This document shows, piece by piece, positions 23,785 to 36,689 of a DNA stretch of 64,000 nucleotides (positions within the stretch are counted from its first letter, which is position 1; each line of letters starts with the position of its first letter). Made by a program: the position numbers and the translations under genes. The stretch is from Nemertoderma westbladi. Taxonomy: Eukaryota; Animalia; Xenacoelomorpha. The notes beneath the pieces are model-generated. The model did no database searches. It had not been told where the DNA came from and saw nothing but the letters and a program-made list of their open reading frames with translations. Where the stretch lies: positions 1-64,000 of the forward strand of contig JAUCBJ010002656.1 of assembly GCA_032718475.1 (NCBI GenBank), in the 5' to 3' direction.

Positions 23785-23906
23785 TGGTAAGTTTTTGAGT
23801 TCTGGAACATTACTGACTTATCAGTCCTAAGTCTCGTTAAGAATGTGACGAAGCTTCCCTCCGCGACTGTGAGAAGTCCTCTCGACGTGGCTGGAATTGT
23901 CTATGG

Positions 23907-24872
23907 CTAGCTGTGAACCATTCTCGGACATATACACGGGGCGCCTTGGGTTCCTACCACCACATTTGCTCTCTGTTTACCATCATTACGTTTATATCGC
24001 CTATTGGTAACTAATTGGTAGCCTTCTTCATCCATCCCAGGCGGAGTTGATTGCCGATATCGCTTCACACTGCCTCTAGTACTATTTGGAGTACCTGTTG
24101 GAGTAGCTCCCCATTCTTCTCGCTGTGATCGCGGATTATTTACTCTACTTGTTCCAGTGGAGCTGGCTACAGTGGTTAGTACCGATGAATACGGCGGATG
24201 TACGGCGGGCCCGGCCATTCCACTTCTCAAAGTCTGCGGAGGGTAACTTAACATGCTGGAAGATTGACCTACTCTCTCAGTCTGTACCGGTAGGTTGTGG
24301 CCAGGTGTAGGTTGTACCGGTACTGGTTGACCTACATTCTTCTGTATTTGCTTCAGCAGCCTACCTTCCAATCCCTTTATTTCATCTTTTACTAAATTCT
24401 CCAATTTCTGAATACTATCGTTTACTAATGACATGCCGGTTCGATTGTCAGCGATTGCGATATCAACATCCATGTCTGCTTCTTTGATAACTGGTAGAGA
24501 CAGTGCGTCGAGTGCAGCTATAGCGATAGTGGGTAATAGTCCGCCGTGGTCTAGTTCTCTCAGTTTGTCCAGAATGTCCTTTACATTTGCAGTACTAGCT
24601 AACCGTTCATGAGTATCTCTCCTATTGACTACCTCTAAGTCGAACTTTTCGAACAGAAGTACCTTGGCCACGAAAATTTCCTCTGGTGTAAATCTCGTTA
24701 GAATGATACGAACTACCCGATCCATTGTGCTCGAAGACATACCTTGCATAATCAGAGTTAGACATGCATTTACAATTACTATATTCCCATTACTACTACT
24801 ATTTCCAGTCTGATTGGCAGTAACAGCGCCGGTACCGGTAGTACCGGTATTAGCTACACTTCCTTCAGTCAT
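23907..24872 (-). pseudogene. LINE ORF1, copy 1 (internal deletion causing a frameshift near the C-terminus)
   Basis: Matches 27010-28002 up to GTxGA, then jumps to a segment that reads RVYVREWF in another frame. Confidence 0.75.
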
Positions 24873-25261
24873 GTCAGTGTGTTTTCAGCAGATAGGCCTG
24901 ACTTGATGCCAAACACACATACACATTAACAAACGTTTCCATAAGTTCTGGCTCCTCATAAATACTACCCGAGCCATCCTCACTCTCTGATAGTCCCAAC
25001 TGCGCCAGTTCTAGTCAGCGCTTCTGCTTGGCCTGATATTGCATAAGCCCCCTTAGCCGGGCATGCATATCATCCCGCATACGCTTTCCCGCTCTCTCTC
25101 TCTCTCTCTCTATCCTCTCGTAAACTTTGGTCGGCCAACTCTGCCTCTCTCGTCTCCCGCTCTCTACGCTCATTCTCTACTCTCGTCTCCCGCTCTCTAC
25201 GCTCATTCTCTACTCTCGTCTCCCGCTCTTTACGCTCATTCTCTATTTTTGTGTCCCGTTC

Positions 25262-25948
25262 CTAGCGCTCCCTACAGTTTCTCGCCACCCTCTCGGCTCT
25301 CTCTCTACATTCCCTGGCTAACTCTCTCTCTCTTTCTAATAATGCAGTTCCCTCATCCAACTGCCTCTCTAATTCTTTCTGGTCTAGCGCCGCAATGTCT
25401 AGTTGACACGCCAGATCTATCTCTAACACCCTTCTTGCTTTCGTGGAGGATGTAGTGGACTTATTGGGCACGACGGACTCCCATCACCTCTCTGTTCTAC
25501 TAACTTTCCCCCGCTTTCTTGGGTACTCGCTAATCGACGAGACCGAATCCTCGGAGTTAACCTCGGGTTCGACCTCGTGCGGATCTGCCCAACCCACTAA
25601 CTTAATTCCCCTAGCATCCACTAAATACGGCCCTACGTACACTATTTCAGGCTCCATAACCACGGATCGGCACAGTTTGAATAGTTCGGTGGTGACCCCC
25701 CTCACTCTCTCACTCGCCAGTTCTCCCTGCCCAAAACGAACTTGATGCTGAAAATGTTTATTCGACTCACCTAGCCGCTGGCTCAACTTTCCCTGGTTTA
25801 CCTTCTCTCCCTCTTTGGCCTCCTTTAACAGTTTCTTAGTAACGTTGTAGGCCCATTGAAGCCGATCGCTGGTCCCGACGTCCTCTTTGCCGACATCTCC
25901 TCCTCCTCTCCTGGTTCGGCGTCGTACCGGCGGCCCCACCGTCGCCAT
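25262..25948 (-). pseudogene. Uncharacterised coiled-coil/Gag-like ORF upstream of the LINE (premature stop at ~25484)
   Basis: The two ORF pieces are contiguous in the duplicate (28393-28917). C-terminal heptad-rich ELERQLDEGTALLERERELARE. Confidence 0.45.
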
Positions 25949-26870
25949 TCCGGTGGGCCATCCGCCGCCCTCGGCCTGTGGCTGGCCGGCGACTTCGGTA
26001 CTCCGACCGCCATCATGCGTCGACTCGTACCTTCCTCGTGGTAGACGGCCGCCCTCCGCTTAGGCTACCGGATCATCCCTCGTCGGCGAATCTGGCGTAA
26101 CTGGCCGATACCATCTCGTCGTGGCCTTGCGGATCATTTGGTTGGTGTCGTCCGGGGTCCGCGGCGGCGTTCTCTCTCCCTCTAATAATCGGGGTTCTCC
26201 TGTGCTCATCTTTGCTGGCGTCTGGCAGTCACAGTTCAGTTCAGTTGGGAATCCTTCACTGTGACGGGATCAAGGGATCCCGACCAGATAAATCAACTAC
26301 GCATCACCGTTTTGTCTTAGGGGTGGTGCTGGCAGCTTGGCCGAGGCCGATGTGGGAAAAAAAACAATCGGAGTTCGATGTTGTCTCTTGATGTTGTCTG
26401 ATAATAATAGGCCTAATAATAATAGCACGGTAGAGTAGTGAATAATCAAACCGGTATGTTAGTAGAATATTGGTGACGTTGAGGAATGTTGCTGGTTTGC
26501 ACTAGAAACCAATAACTGAGTAACTGGACCGGTAATGGCATAATATATGTATAATTAATTCTATACTAATGTGGCCTTTCACCTAGTGGATGCTCTCCCT
26601 CGCCCCTATTGGCTAATAATCTACTTCACGCCTCTCCCCTCTCTGGGCGTGTTTCCCCCCCTGTTGGCCCCTGCTGGTTGTTTCCCCTTCCGAAGTGATT
26701 TGACCTCTAACCTCCCTTTGTGTGGCTTTGGGGTTTGTGTTGTCCCCAGTGTTGGTTGTGATACGAGAATAGTTATTGCTAATCTCGTATCTCCAACATA
26801 TTGCTGAAAAGGTGCCACTTCCCATTTTATGAGTGTAATGCGGCGGAATTGAATCCGCTTACAATTTTTT

Positions 26871-28002
26871 CAAGCTGAGTGGTCGCCACTGTTACTTTGA
26901 AACTAGCCATTTCGGCTTCTTTGTGCGATTTCTTCTCCACCTTCCTCGCCTTCACATTTACTGCAGCCAAACATGACTCGATATCGGCTATTGTCGTGTC
27001 TGCATCACATCAATTTACAAATAACTGACTCGGGGCTGCTCGTAAAGTCACATTTGAGTTTGATTGGTCCGCGCCTCGGGTTCCTACCACCACATTTGCT
27101 CTCTGTTTACCATCATTACGTTTATATCGCCTATTGGTAACTAATTGGTAGCCTTCTTCATCCATCCCAGACGGAGTTGATTGCCGATATCGCTTCACAC
27201 TGCCTCTAGTACTATTTGGAGTACCTGTTGGAGTAGCTCCCCATTCTTCTCGCTGTGATCGCGGATTATTTACTCTACTTGTTCCAGTGGAGCTGGCTAC
27301 AGTGGTTAGTACCGATGAATACGGCGGACGTACGGCGGGCCCGGCCATTCCACTTCTCAAAGTCTGCGGAGGGTAACTTAACATGCTGGAAGATTGACCT
27401 ACTCTCTCAGTCTGTACCGGTAGGTTGTGGCCAGGTGTAGGTTGTACCGGTACTGGTTGACCTACATTCTTCTGTATTTGCTTCAGCAGCCTACCTTCCA
27501 ATCCCTTTATTTCATCTTTTACTAAATTCTCCAATTTCTGAATACTATCGTTTACTAATGACATGCCGGTTCGATTGTCAGCGATTGCGATATCAACATC
27601 CATGTCTGCTTCTTTGATAACTGGTAGAGACAGTGCGTCGAGTGCAGCTATAGCGATAGTGGGTAATAGTCCGCCGTGGTCTAGTTCTCTCAGTTTGTCC
27701 AGAATGTCCTTTACATTTGCAGTACTAGCTAACCGTTCATGAGTATCTCTCCTATTGACTACCTCTAAGTCGAACTTTTCGAACAGTAGTACCTTGGCCG
27801 CGAAAATTTCCTCTGGTGTAAATCTCGTTAGAATGATACGAACTACCCGATCCATTGTGCTCGAAGACATACCTTGCATAATCAGAGTTAGACATGCATT
27901 TACAATTACTATATTCCCATTACTACTACTATTTCCAGTCTGATTGGCAGTAACAGCGCCGGTACCGGTAGTACTGGTATCAGCTACACTTCCTTCAGTC
28001 AT
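26871..28002 (-). pseudogene. LINE ORF1, copy 2 (in-frame stop at 27010, truncated at 26871)
   Basis: Reads ...LRAAPSQLFVN*CDADTTIADIE...SFKVTV, the usual RRM-like C-terminal part of this ORF1 type. Confidence 0.75.
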
Positions 28003-28392
28003 GTCAGTGTGTTTTCAGCAGATAGGCCTGACTTGATGCCAAACACACATACACATTAACAAACGTTTCCATAAGTTCTGGCTCCTCATAAATACTACCC
28101 GAGCCATCCTCACTCTCTGATAGTCCCAACTGCGCCAGTTCTAGTCAGCGCTTCTGCTTGGCCTGATATTGCATAAGCCCCCTTAGCCGGGCATGCATAT
28201 CATCCCGCATACGCTTTCCCGCTCTCTCTCTCTCTCTCTCTATCCTCTCGTAAACTTTGGTCGGCCAACTCTGCCTCTCTCGTCTCCCGCTCTCTACGCT
28301 CATTCTCTACTCTCGTCTCCCGCTCTCTACGCTCGTTCTCTACTCTCGTTCTCCCGCTCTTTGCGCTCATTCTCTATTTTTGTGTCCCGTTC

Positions 28393-29080
28393 CTAGCGCT
28401 CCCTACAGTTTCTCGCCACCCTCTCGGCTCTCTCTCTACATTCCCTGGCTAACTCTCTCTCTCTTTCTAATAACGCAGTTCCCTCATCCAACTGCCTCTC
28501 TAATTCTTTCTGGTCTAGCGCCGCAATGTCTAGTTGACACGCCAGATCTATCTCTAACACCCTTCTTGCTTTCGTGGAGGATGTAGTGGACTTATCGGGC
28601 ACGACGGACTCCCATCGCCTCTCTGTTTTACTAACTTTCCCCCGCTTTCTTGGGTTCTCGCTAATCGACGAGACCGAATCCTCGGAGTTAACCTCGGGTT
28701 CGACCTCGTGCGGATCTGCCCAACCCACTAACTTAATTCCCCTAGCATCCACTAAATACGGCCCTACGTACACTATTTCAGGCTCCATAACCACGGATCG
28801 CCACAGTTTGAATAGTTCGGTGGTGACCCCCCTCGCTCTCTCACTCGCCAGTTCTCCCTGCCCAAAACGAACTAGATGCTGAAAATGTGTATTCGACTCA
28901 CCTAGCCGCTGGCTCAACTTTCCCTGATTTACCTTCTCTCCCTCTTTGGCCTCCTTTAACAGTTTCTTAGTAACGTTGTAGGCCCGTTGAAGCCGATCGC
29001 TGGTCCCGACGTCCTCTTTGCCGACATCTCCTCTTCCTCTCCTGGTTCGGCGTCATACCGGCGGCCCCACCGTCGCCATT
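28393..29080 (-). pseudogene. Duplicate of the uncharacterised coiled-coil ORF
   Basis: 174 aa ORF in the track; it belongs to the 2.9 kb duplication. Confidence 0.45.
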
Positions 29081-30344
29081 CCGGTGGGACATCCGTCGCC
29101 CTCGGCCTGTGGCTGGCCGGCGACTTCGGTACTCCGACCGCCATCATGCGTCGACTCGTACCTTCCTCGTGGTAGACGGCCACCCTCCGCTTAGGCTACC
29201 GAATCATCCCTCGTCGGCGAATCTGGTGTCACTGGCCGATACCGTCTCGTCGCGGCCTTGCGGATCGATTGGTTGGTGTCGTCCGGGGTCCGCGGCGGCA
29301 TTCTCTCTCCCTCTAATAATCGGGGTTCTCCTGTGCTCATCTTTGCTGGCGTCTGGCAGTCACAGTTCAGTTCAGTTGGGAATCCTTCACTGTGACGGGA
29401 TCAAGGGATCCCGACCAGATAAATCAACTCCCCATCACCGTTTTGTCTTAGGGGTGGTGCTGGCAGCTTGACCGAGGCCGATGTGGGAAAAAAAACAATC
29501 GGAGTTCGATGTTGTCTCTTGATGTTGTCTGATAATAATAGGCCTAATAATAATAGCACGGTAGAGTAGTGAATAATCAAACCGGTATGTTAGTAGAATA
29601 TTGGTGACGTTGAGGAATGTTGCCGGTCTGCACTAGAAACCAATAACTGAGTAACTGGACCGGTAATGGCATAATATATGTATAATTAATTCTATACTAC
29701 TGTGGCCTTTCACCTAGTGGATGCTCTCCCTCGCCCCTATTGGCTAATAATCTACTTCACGCCTCTCCCCTCTCTGGGCGTGTTTCCCCCCCTGTTGGCC
29801 CCTGTTGGTTGTTTCCCCTTCCGAGGTGATTTGACCTCTAACCTCCCTTTGTGTGGCTTTGGGGTTTGTGTTGTCCCCAGTGTTGGTTGTGATACGAGAA
29901 TAGTTATTGCTAATCTCGTATCTCCAACATATTGCTGAAAAGGTGCCACTTCCCACTTTATGAGTGTAATGCGGCGGAATTGAATCCGCTTACAATTTTT
30001 TAATCAATCAATCATTTGAAAAAGGAGCACTCTTTGTTACTAATTTCAATTGAGCGAAATTCAGCTATTTTTTCACTCATGTATCACTCATGTCACTCAG
30101 TATTTTATTCATGACAGAATAGCTGAATTTCGCTCAATTGAACTTAGTAACAAAGAATGCTCCTTTTTCAAATACTGTTTATCGAATAAGATTATTATTA
30201 TTTATTATATTAAAATTATTATAAATATTATAACTTGATAAATTATTTTATACATTATGTTTATTGTAAGGTATTGCTTTTTATTTGAGCAACAAAATTA
30301 TTTTCTCGCGCGGAATTATACCAGTAGTACTTATTATTTTTTAG

Positions 30345-30458
30345 CTGACCCATGCCATAACAATGACTGCGGTGGACACGGAAGCTGTAGCAGTGTCGAT
30401 GGGGCAGCTCAATGTCAATATGACAAAGGCTATGATTCCAATGGAGGTGCTTGTGTTG
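30345..30458 (+). CDS. Host gene exon: EGF-like domain (phase 1-1, 114 nt)
   Basis: ttttag| acceptor and |gtgagt donor; DPCHNNDCGGHGSCSSVDGAAQCQYDKGYDSNGGACV. Confidence 0.8.
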
Positions 30459-30925
30459 GTGAGTACATAAATGTAACTGAAAAATTCGCTTTCTTGCACC
30501 CAAATTAAATATTTTTATCTATCATGACTAATTTTAGTAACGATAATCAGATTTCTAATACTTTAATCGATTATTTCACCGAGCCTTCGCCCCTTAGTAT
30601 TCCCCAACGAGTCGTCGCGTACGAAAACATCATAAGTTAACCCTTCCCAACCAGGATCCCGTCACAATTTTTGATAATGGTCACCCAAAAAATTTATTCA
30701 CATTGACTGTGGCCATTTACATTTTCTTGAGTGCTGTCGCCATTTTTAGGTGTTGTCACAAGTTCCACCTATCACGTGGAAGTTACGGTAGGTTTGTTTT
30801 AATACTATATTTGAATGATAATGGGGTATTACATTATAAAACATCTGTGATCGGATATATAAAACTGCTCACAACATGGTAAATAATGAATTTTGGAAGC
30901 CTATAAATTTTATTATTTGTTACAG

Positions 30926-31129
30926 TCATTTGTAAAACAGAGGGCGGAAAGGATTGCGTATTTCCATTCAAAGCTGACACGGTTGATACAAATGATTACA
31001 ATGAATGTCTTCATGAACCTGTAGCAGACAAATATTGGTGTGCTCTTACCGTAACTGGCGCTGCGAGTGGGGCATACACTGGAGTCGCGGATGCAGATAA
31101 CTGGGGATACTGTGAGACAGGATGCCCAG
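30926..31129 (+). CDS. Host gene exon: fibronectin type II-like domain (phase 1-1, 204 nt)
   Basis: ttacag| acceptor and |gtaaat donor; CKTEGGKDCVFPFK...YNECL...KYWCALT...NWGYCETGCP, with FN2 hallmarks CVFPF, WC and WGYC. Confidence 0.85.
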
Positions 31130-31182
31130 GTAAATAGGTAATTTTATATATACTGTACAGTTGTAGCTGCACATAATAAACC

Positions 31183-32712
31183 ACACGTTCGTGGGGCCTT
31201 CGCGCAGCACGAGGCCCAGTTATTAGATACAAATTAAAATTGAGCGACTGTATCACAAAATCAGGTTTTGAGAAATTTACCCACACCACCAATCAAACAA
31301 AGAAAGGGGGACAGTACGTGTTCACCCCTTTTAATCCCCCCCCCCCCTCCCCAACCTTCCCAACCACCAATACATAACCGGGACATCTACCACCCACGGA
31401 AGGGTAGCACGAACTTATTTCCAATCGCACGTTAAATATGCAAAGCCAGGTGGTTTATAGGAATATAATAAACGCAGTACTCGTTTTCATTATAAGCCTC
31501 TTTGCGTTCGTCCTGTTTTGTATTTAAATATATTTCTTAAACGCAGGCTGACGATATTTATAATAATAATAACTAGGGATGCGATCAATATGTGAAGCCA
31601 GGTGGTTTATATAATTATTTAGTCAACGCAGTACTCGTCTTCATTATATGCCTCGTTGCGCTTGTCGCTTGTCCTGTTTTGTCATAAAATATTTTTCCTA
31701 AACGCAGACTGACGATCTTTATACAGTTATAACTATGCGAAGTTTCGAAACTGTGCGATACATCTATGTGGAGATGTGTGATATGAGGAGATGTGTGATA
31801 CAACGTCAACGCATCTTATGCCGATGTAGTAATATGGGTATTGAAATAATATTAAATCAATGTACACTCTTAAAGCTGCAGCGAAAAAATGTAGCTAATT
31901 TCCTAGGTTACATATAAAATAATAATATTATTTTTAAGAACATTAATTTTACTACTTTGCAAAAATTCAATTAAAAAATAACCAGACATATACATTGTGG
32001 AATAAACTATTTCAGAAGCCTACAACAGCCATGCCATGGATGGTATTTATGTTATTATATCTGTCATTTACCTGAGATAGCAATACAACACTTATAGTAG
32101 TAGAGTCAATACAGGAAGGATGTTGGGATGTTGGAATGCTGTCTGGGCTGGAATAGCAATACTGGTTGCCTATTACAACTCCTCTCTGGTTAGTCTACAG
32201 CCACAACTCCAAGCCAGCTAGCTCCACACCAGCAGAGACTTGACCAATAATCATTCCCAGCAACTAGCTGCCTTACACACACATCCTTCCATCGTACCAG
32301 CATGTTAGCCAATAAATGAGCAGTATTTAATGAGAATCAATTTTTTATGCCGTTTTAATTACTTTAGATCAATTAAAGACACAATTATTAAAGCAAATCA
32401 CTTGAACTAATTAAAATCTATAATAGAATGGCGTATGTGGATTACATCTGTATAATTTTTAAGTATAATTATGTAAATCTTATACTGTAAAACAATTAAT
32501 TTCCTTTAAAAGGCAGGTTGAAAATTGTGTTTTTACCGTAATCAACTTAATTAACTAATTAACTGCTATTATCTTAGCTTCTCGAAGGCCACACGGAAAT
32601 TCTACTTGGAAAATTTCTAAACTTTTGCCAAACAACATGTGTACCAAGTTTGGCTAGATTTCATCAAAGATTGGCCGAGTTATTAACGTTTAAAATTGAA
32701 CACGACAGAACG
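31183..32712 (-). mobile_element. Helentron-associated non-autonomous element (HINE/DINE-1-like), copy 1; lacks its right-hand ~60 bp
   Basis: Shares its body with copies 2 and 3 and abuts copy 2 inside the GACAGAAC microsatellite. Confidence 0.7.
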
Positions 32713-34334
32713 ACACGTTCGTGGGGCCTTCGCGCAGCACGAGGCCCAGTTATGAGATACAAATTAAAATTGAGCGACTGTATCACAAAATCAGGTTTTG
32801 AGAAATTTACCCACACCACCAATCAATCAAAGAAAGGGGGACAGTACGTGTTCACCCCTTTTAATCCCCCCCCCCCCCCACCCTTCCCAACCACCAATAC
32901 ATAACCGCGACATCTACCACCCACGGAAGGGTAGCACGAACTTATTTCCAATCGCACGTTCAATATGCAAAGCCAGGTGGTTTATAGGAATATAATAAAC
33001 GCAGTACTCGTATTCATTATAAGCCTCGTTGCGTTCGTCCTGTTTTGTATTTAAATATATTTCTTAAACGCAGGCTAGGACGTTCTTTATAATAATAATA
33101 ACTAGGGATGCGATCAATATGTGAAGCCAGGTGGTTTATATAATAATTTAGTCAACGCAGTACTCGTCTTCATTATATGCCTCGTTGCGCTCGTCGCTTG
33201 TCCTGTTTTGTCATAAAATATTTTTCCTAAACGCAGACTGACGATCTTTATACAGTTATAACTATGCGAAGTTTCGAAACTGTTCGAGTAACTGTTGATA
33301 CATCTATGTGGAGATGTGTGATATGTGGAGATGTGTGATACAACGCCAACGCATCTTATGCCGATGTAGTAATATGGGTATTGAAATAATATTAAATCAA
33401 TGTACACTCTTAAAGCTGCAGCGAAAAAATGTAGCTAATTTCCTAGGTTACATATAAAATAATAATATTATTTTTAAGAACATTAATTTTACTACTTTGC
33501 AAAAATTCAATTAAAAAATAACCAGACATATACATTGTGGAATAAACTATTTCAGAAGCCTACAACAGCCATGCCATGGATGGTATTTATGTTATTATAT
33601 CCTGTCATTTACCTGAGATAGCAATACAACACTTATAGTAGAGTCAATACAGGAAGGATGTTGGGATGTTGGATTTAAAGAATGCTGTCTGGGCTGGAAT
33701 AGCAATACTGGTTGCCTATTACAATTCCTCTCTGGTTAGTCTACAGCCACAACTCCAAGCCAGCTAGCTCCACACCAGCAGAGACTTGACCAATAATCAT
33801 TCCCAGCAACTAGCTGCCTTACACACACATCCTTCCATCGTACCAGCATGTTGGCCAATAAATGAGCAGTATTTAATGAGAATCAATTTTTTATGACGTT
33901 TTAATTACTTTAGATCAATTAAAGACACAATTATTAAAGCAAATCACTTGAACTAATTAAAAACTATAATAGAATGGCGTATGTGGATTACATCTGTATA
34001 ATTTTTAAATATAATTATTTAAATCTTATACTGTAAAACAATTAATTTCCTTTAAAAGGCAGGTTGAAAATGGTGTTTTTACCGTAATCAACTTAATTAA
34101 CTAATTAACTGCTATTATCTTAGCTTCTCGAAGACCACACGGAAATTCTACTTGGAAAATTTCTAAACTTTTGCCAAACAGCATGTGTACCAAGTTTGGA
34201 TAGATTTTATCAAAGATTGGCCGAGTTATTAACGTTTAAAATTGAACACGACAGAACGACAGAACGACAGAACGACAGGTTGATTAATGGTACCACTACG
34301 CTAAGGCTCACTCACTTCGTGGCTCGCCCCACAA
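32713..34334 (-). mobile_element. HINE/DINE-1-like element, copy 2
   Basis: Subterminal inverted repeat GTGGGGC/GCCCCAC, terminal hairpin gggccttcgcgcagcacgaggccc, (GACAGAAC)n microsatellite and AAACTTGGTACACATG core on the minus strand. No TSD. Confidence 0.75.
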
Positions 34335-34461
34335 TAAATAATAATATAATATAATAATATTCAACCTTTGAATTCCATGGGTCACACTTATGAGAGATCA
34401 CCACCATAGCTCACATACTGTGTCAGCCATGGTTTCAAATGATTTCTCTTTATATTAACTT

Positions 34462-36123
34462 ACACGTTCGTGGGGCCTTCGCGCAGCACGAGGCCCAGTT
34501 ATGAGATACAAATTAAAATTGAGCGACTGTATCACAAAATCAGGTTTTGAAAAATTTACCCACACCACCAATCAATCAAAGAAAGGGGGACAGTACGTGT
34601 TCACCCCTTTTAATCCCCCCCCCCCCCCACCCTTCCCAACCACCAATACATAACCGCGACATCTACCACCCACGGAAGGATAGCACGAACTTATTTTCAA
34701 TCGCACGTTCAATATGCAAAGCCAGGTGGTTTATAGGAATATAATAAACGCAGTACTCGTTTTCATTATAAGCCTCGTTGCGTTCGTCCTGTTTTGTATT
34801 TAAATATATTTCTTAAACGCAGGCTAGGACGTTCTTTATAATAATAATAACTAGGGATGCGATCAATATGTGAAGCCAGGTGGTTTATATAATAATTTAG
34901 TCAACGCAGTCTCGTCTTCATTATATGCCACGTTGCGCTCGTCGCTTGTCCTGTTTTGTTATAAAATATTTTTCCTAAACGCAGACTGACGATCTTTATA
35001 CAGTTATAACTATGCGAAGTTTCGAAACTGTGCGAGTAACTGTTGATACATTATGTATGTGGAGATGTGTGATATGTGGAGATGTGTGATACAACGCCAA
35101 CGCATCGTATGCTGATGTAGTAATATGGGTATTGAAATAATATTAAATTAATGTACACTCTTCTTAAAGCTGCAGCGAAAAAATGTAGCTAATTTCCTAG
35201 GTTACAATATAAAATAATAATAATATTTTTAAGAACATTAATTTTACTACTTTGCAAAAATTCAATTAAAAAATAACCAGACATATACATTGTGGAATAA
35301 ACTATTTCAGAAGCCTTCCCATGCCTTCCCTGCCATGGATAGTATTTATGTTATTATATCTGTCATTTACCTGAGATAGCAATACAAAACTTATAGTAGA
35401 GTCAATACAGGAAGGATGTTGGGATGTTGAATTTAAAGAATGAATGCTGTCTGGGCTGGAATAGCAATACTGGTTGCCTATTACTATTCCTCTCTGGTTA
35501 GTCTACAGCCACAACTCCCAGCTAGCTCCACACCAGCAGAGACTTGACCAATAATCATTCCCAGCAACTAGCTGCTTTACACACACATCCTTCCATCGTA
35601 CCAGCATGTTGGCCAATAAATGAGCAGTATTTAATGAGAATCAATTTTTTTTGCCGTTTTAATTACTTTAGATCAATTAAAGACACAATTATTAAAGCAA
35701 ATCACTTGAACTAATTAAAAACTATAATAGAATGGGGTATGTGGATTACATCTGTATAATTTTTAATTATAATTATTTAAATCTTATACTGTAAAACAAT
35801 TAATTTCCTTTAAAAGGCAGGTTGAAAATGGTGTTTTTACCGTAATAACTTAATTAACGAATTAACTGCTATTATCTTAGCTTCTCGAAGGCCACACGGA
35901 AATTCTACTTGGAAAATTTCTAAACTTTTGCCAAACAACATGTGTACCAAGTTTGGATAGATTTCATCAAAGATTGGCCGAGTTATTAACGTTTAAAATT
36001 GAACGCGACAGAACGACAGAACGACAGAACGACAGAACGACAGAACGACAGAACGACAGAACGACAGGTTGATTAATGGTACCACTACGCTAAGGCTCAC
36101 TCACTTCGTGGCTCGCCCCACAA
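34462..36123 (-). mobile_element. HINE/DINE-1-like element, copy 3
   Basis: Same structure as copy 2 with a longer GACAGAAC run. Confidence 0.75.
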
Positions 36124-36399
36124 GGTGGATCGGTACAACAATGTTCACTCTCTGAAGAATCAGATGGAGCAATTGGAGAATATTTATACTTTACTTATAG
36201 GCCTACTGCTGTATTGGGTTACCGATCATTATTAACACTACTGTAGTACTGTAGTAGCAGCATGCTGGCAAGACAATATATAATAAATAAATATATCACC
36301 TAATTATCTAATTGAGAAATTATGTAATTAAGCATAATTTTACAAATATTATAAACAGTTTTACTATAATGTAGTAATATAACTTTATTATTTATGCAG

Positions 36400-36432
36400 G
36401 AATTCCGATAACACCAGTTCCAACTCCCTCAG
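36400..36432 (+). CDS. Candidate 33 nt micro-exon (Pro/Thr linker GIPITPVPTPS) of the EGF-FN2 gene
   Basis: tttatgcag| acceptor and |gtatga donor; phase 1-1, in frame with the FN2 exon. Confidence 0.6.
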
Positions 36433-36689
36433 GTATGAATATTCTTACTAGTTTACTCTATCTTACTCTACCTAGTATCTTACTTTATTATTGGTGTTAT
36501 GGGTGATTGAGTGGTTTTATAAATATTGTATTGTAGTTCTGCTACACCTCACACTCTGGGGGCGCTATACTGTATTTCCGTAGGGCTAGGCAAAAGGTCA
36601 GGTTCTGTGGTCGGTACTTTTCGAGTCTATATCGGTTACGGTAATTCTGAATTGATCTTAGTGAAAAGCACGTGATATAATGGTGATAT

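Larger units (their letters stand above)
20489..25000 (-). mobile_element. LINE (CR1/L2-group-like) with ORF1, intact ORF2 and A-rich tail
   Basis: ORF1 and EN-RT ORF2 in tandem; (AAAT)n-like tail at 20489-20515. The 5' boundary and the clade are uncertain. Confidence 0.85.
23941..30001. repeat. ~2.93 kb direct duplication (23941-26870 and 27071-30001; offset ~3130)
   Basis: Near-identical sequence and duplicated ORF-track entries, with scattered substitutions and small indels. Confidence 0.95.
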
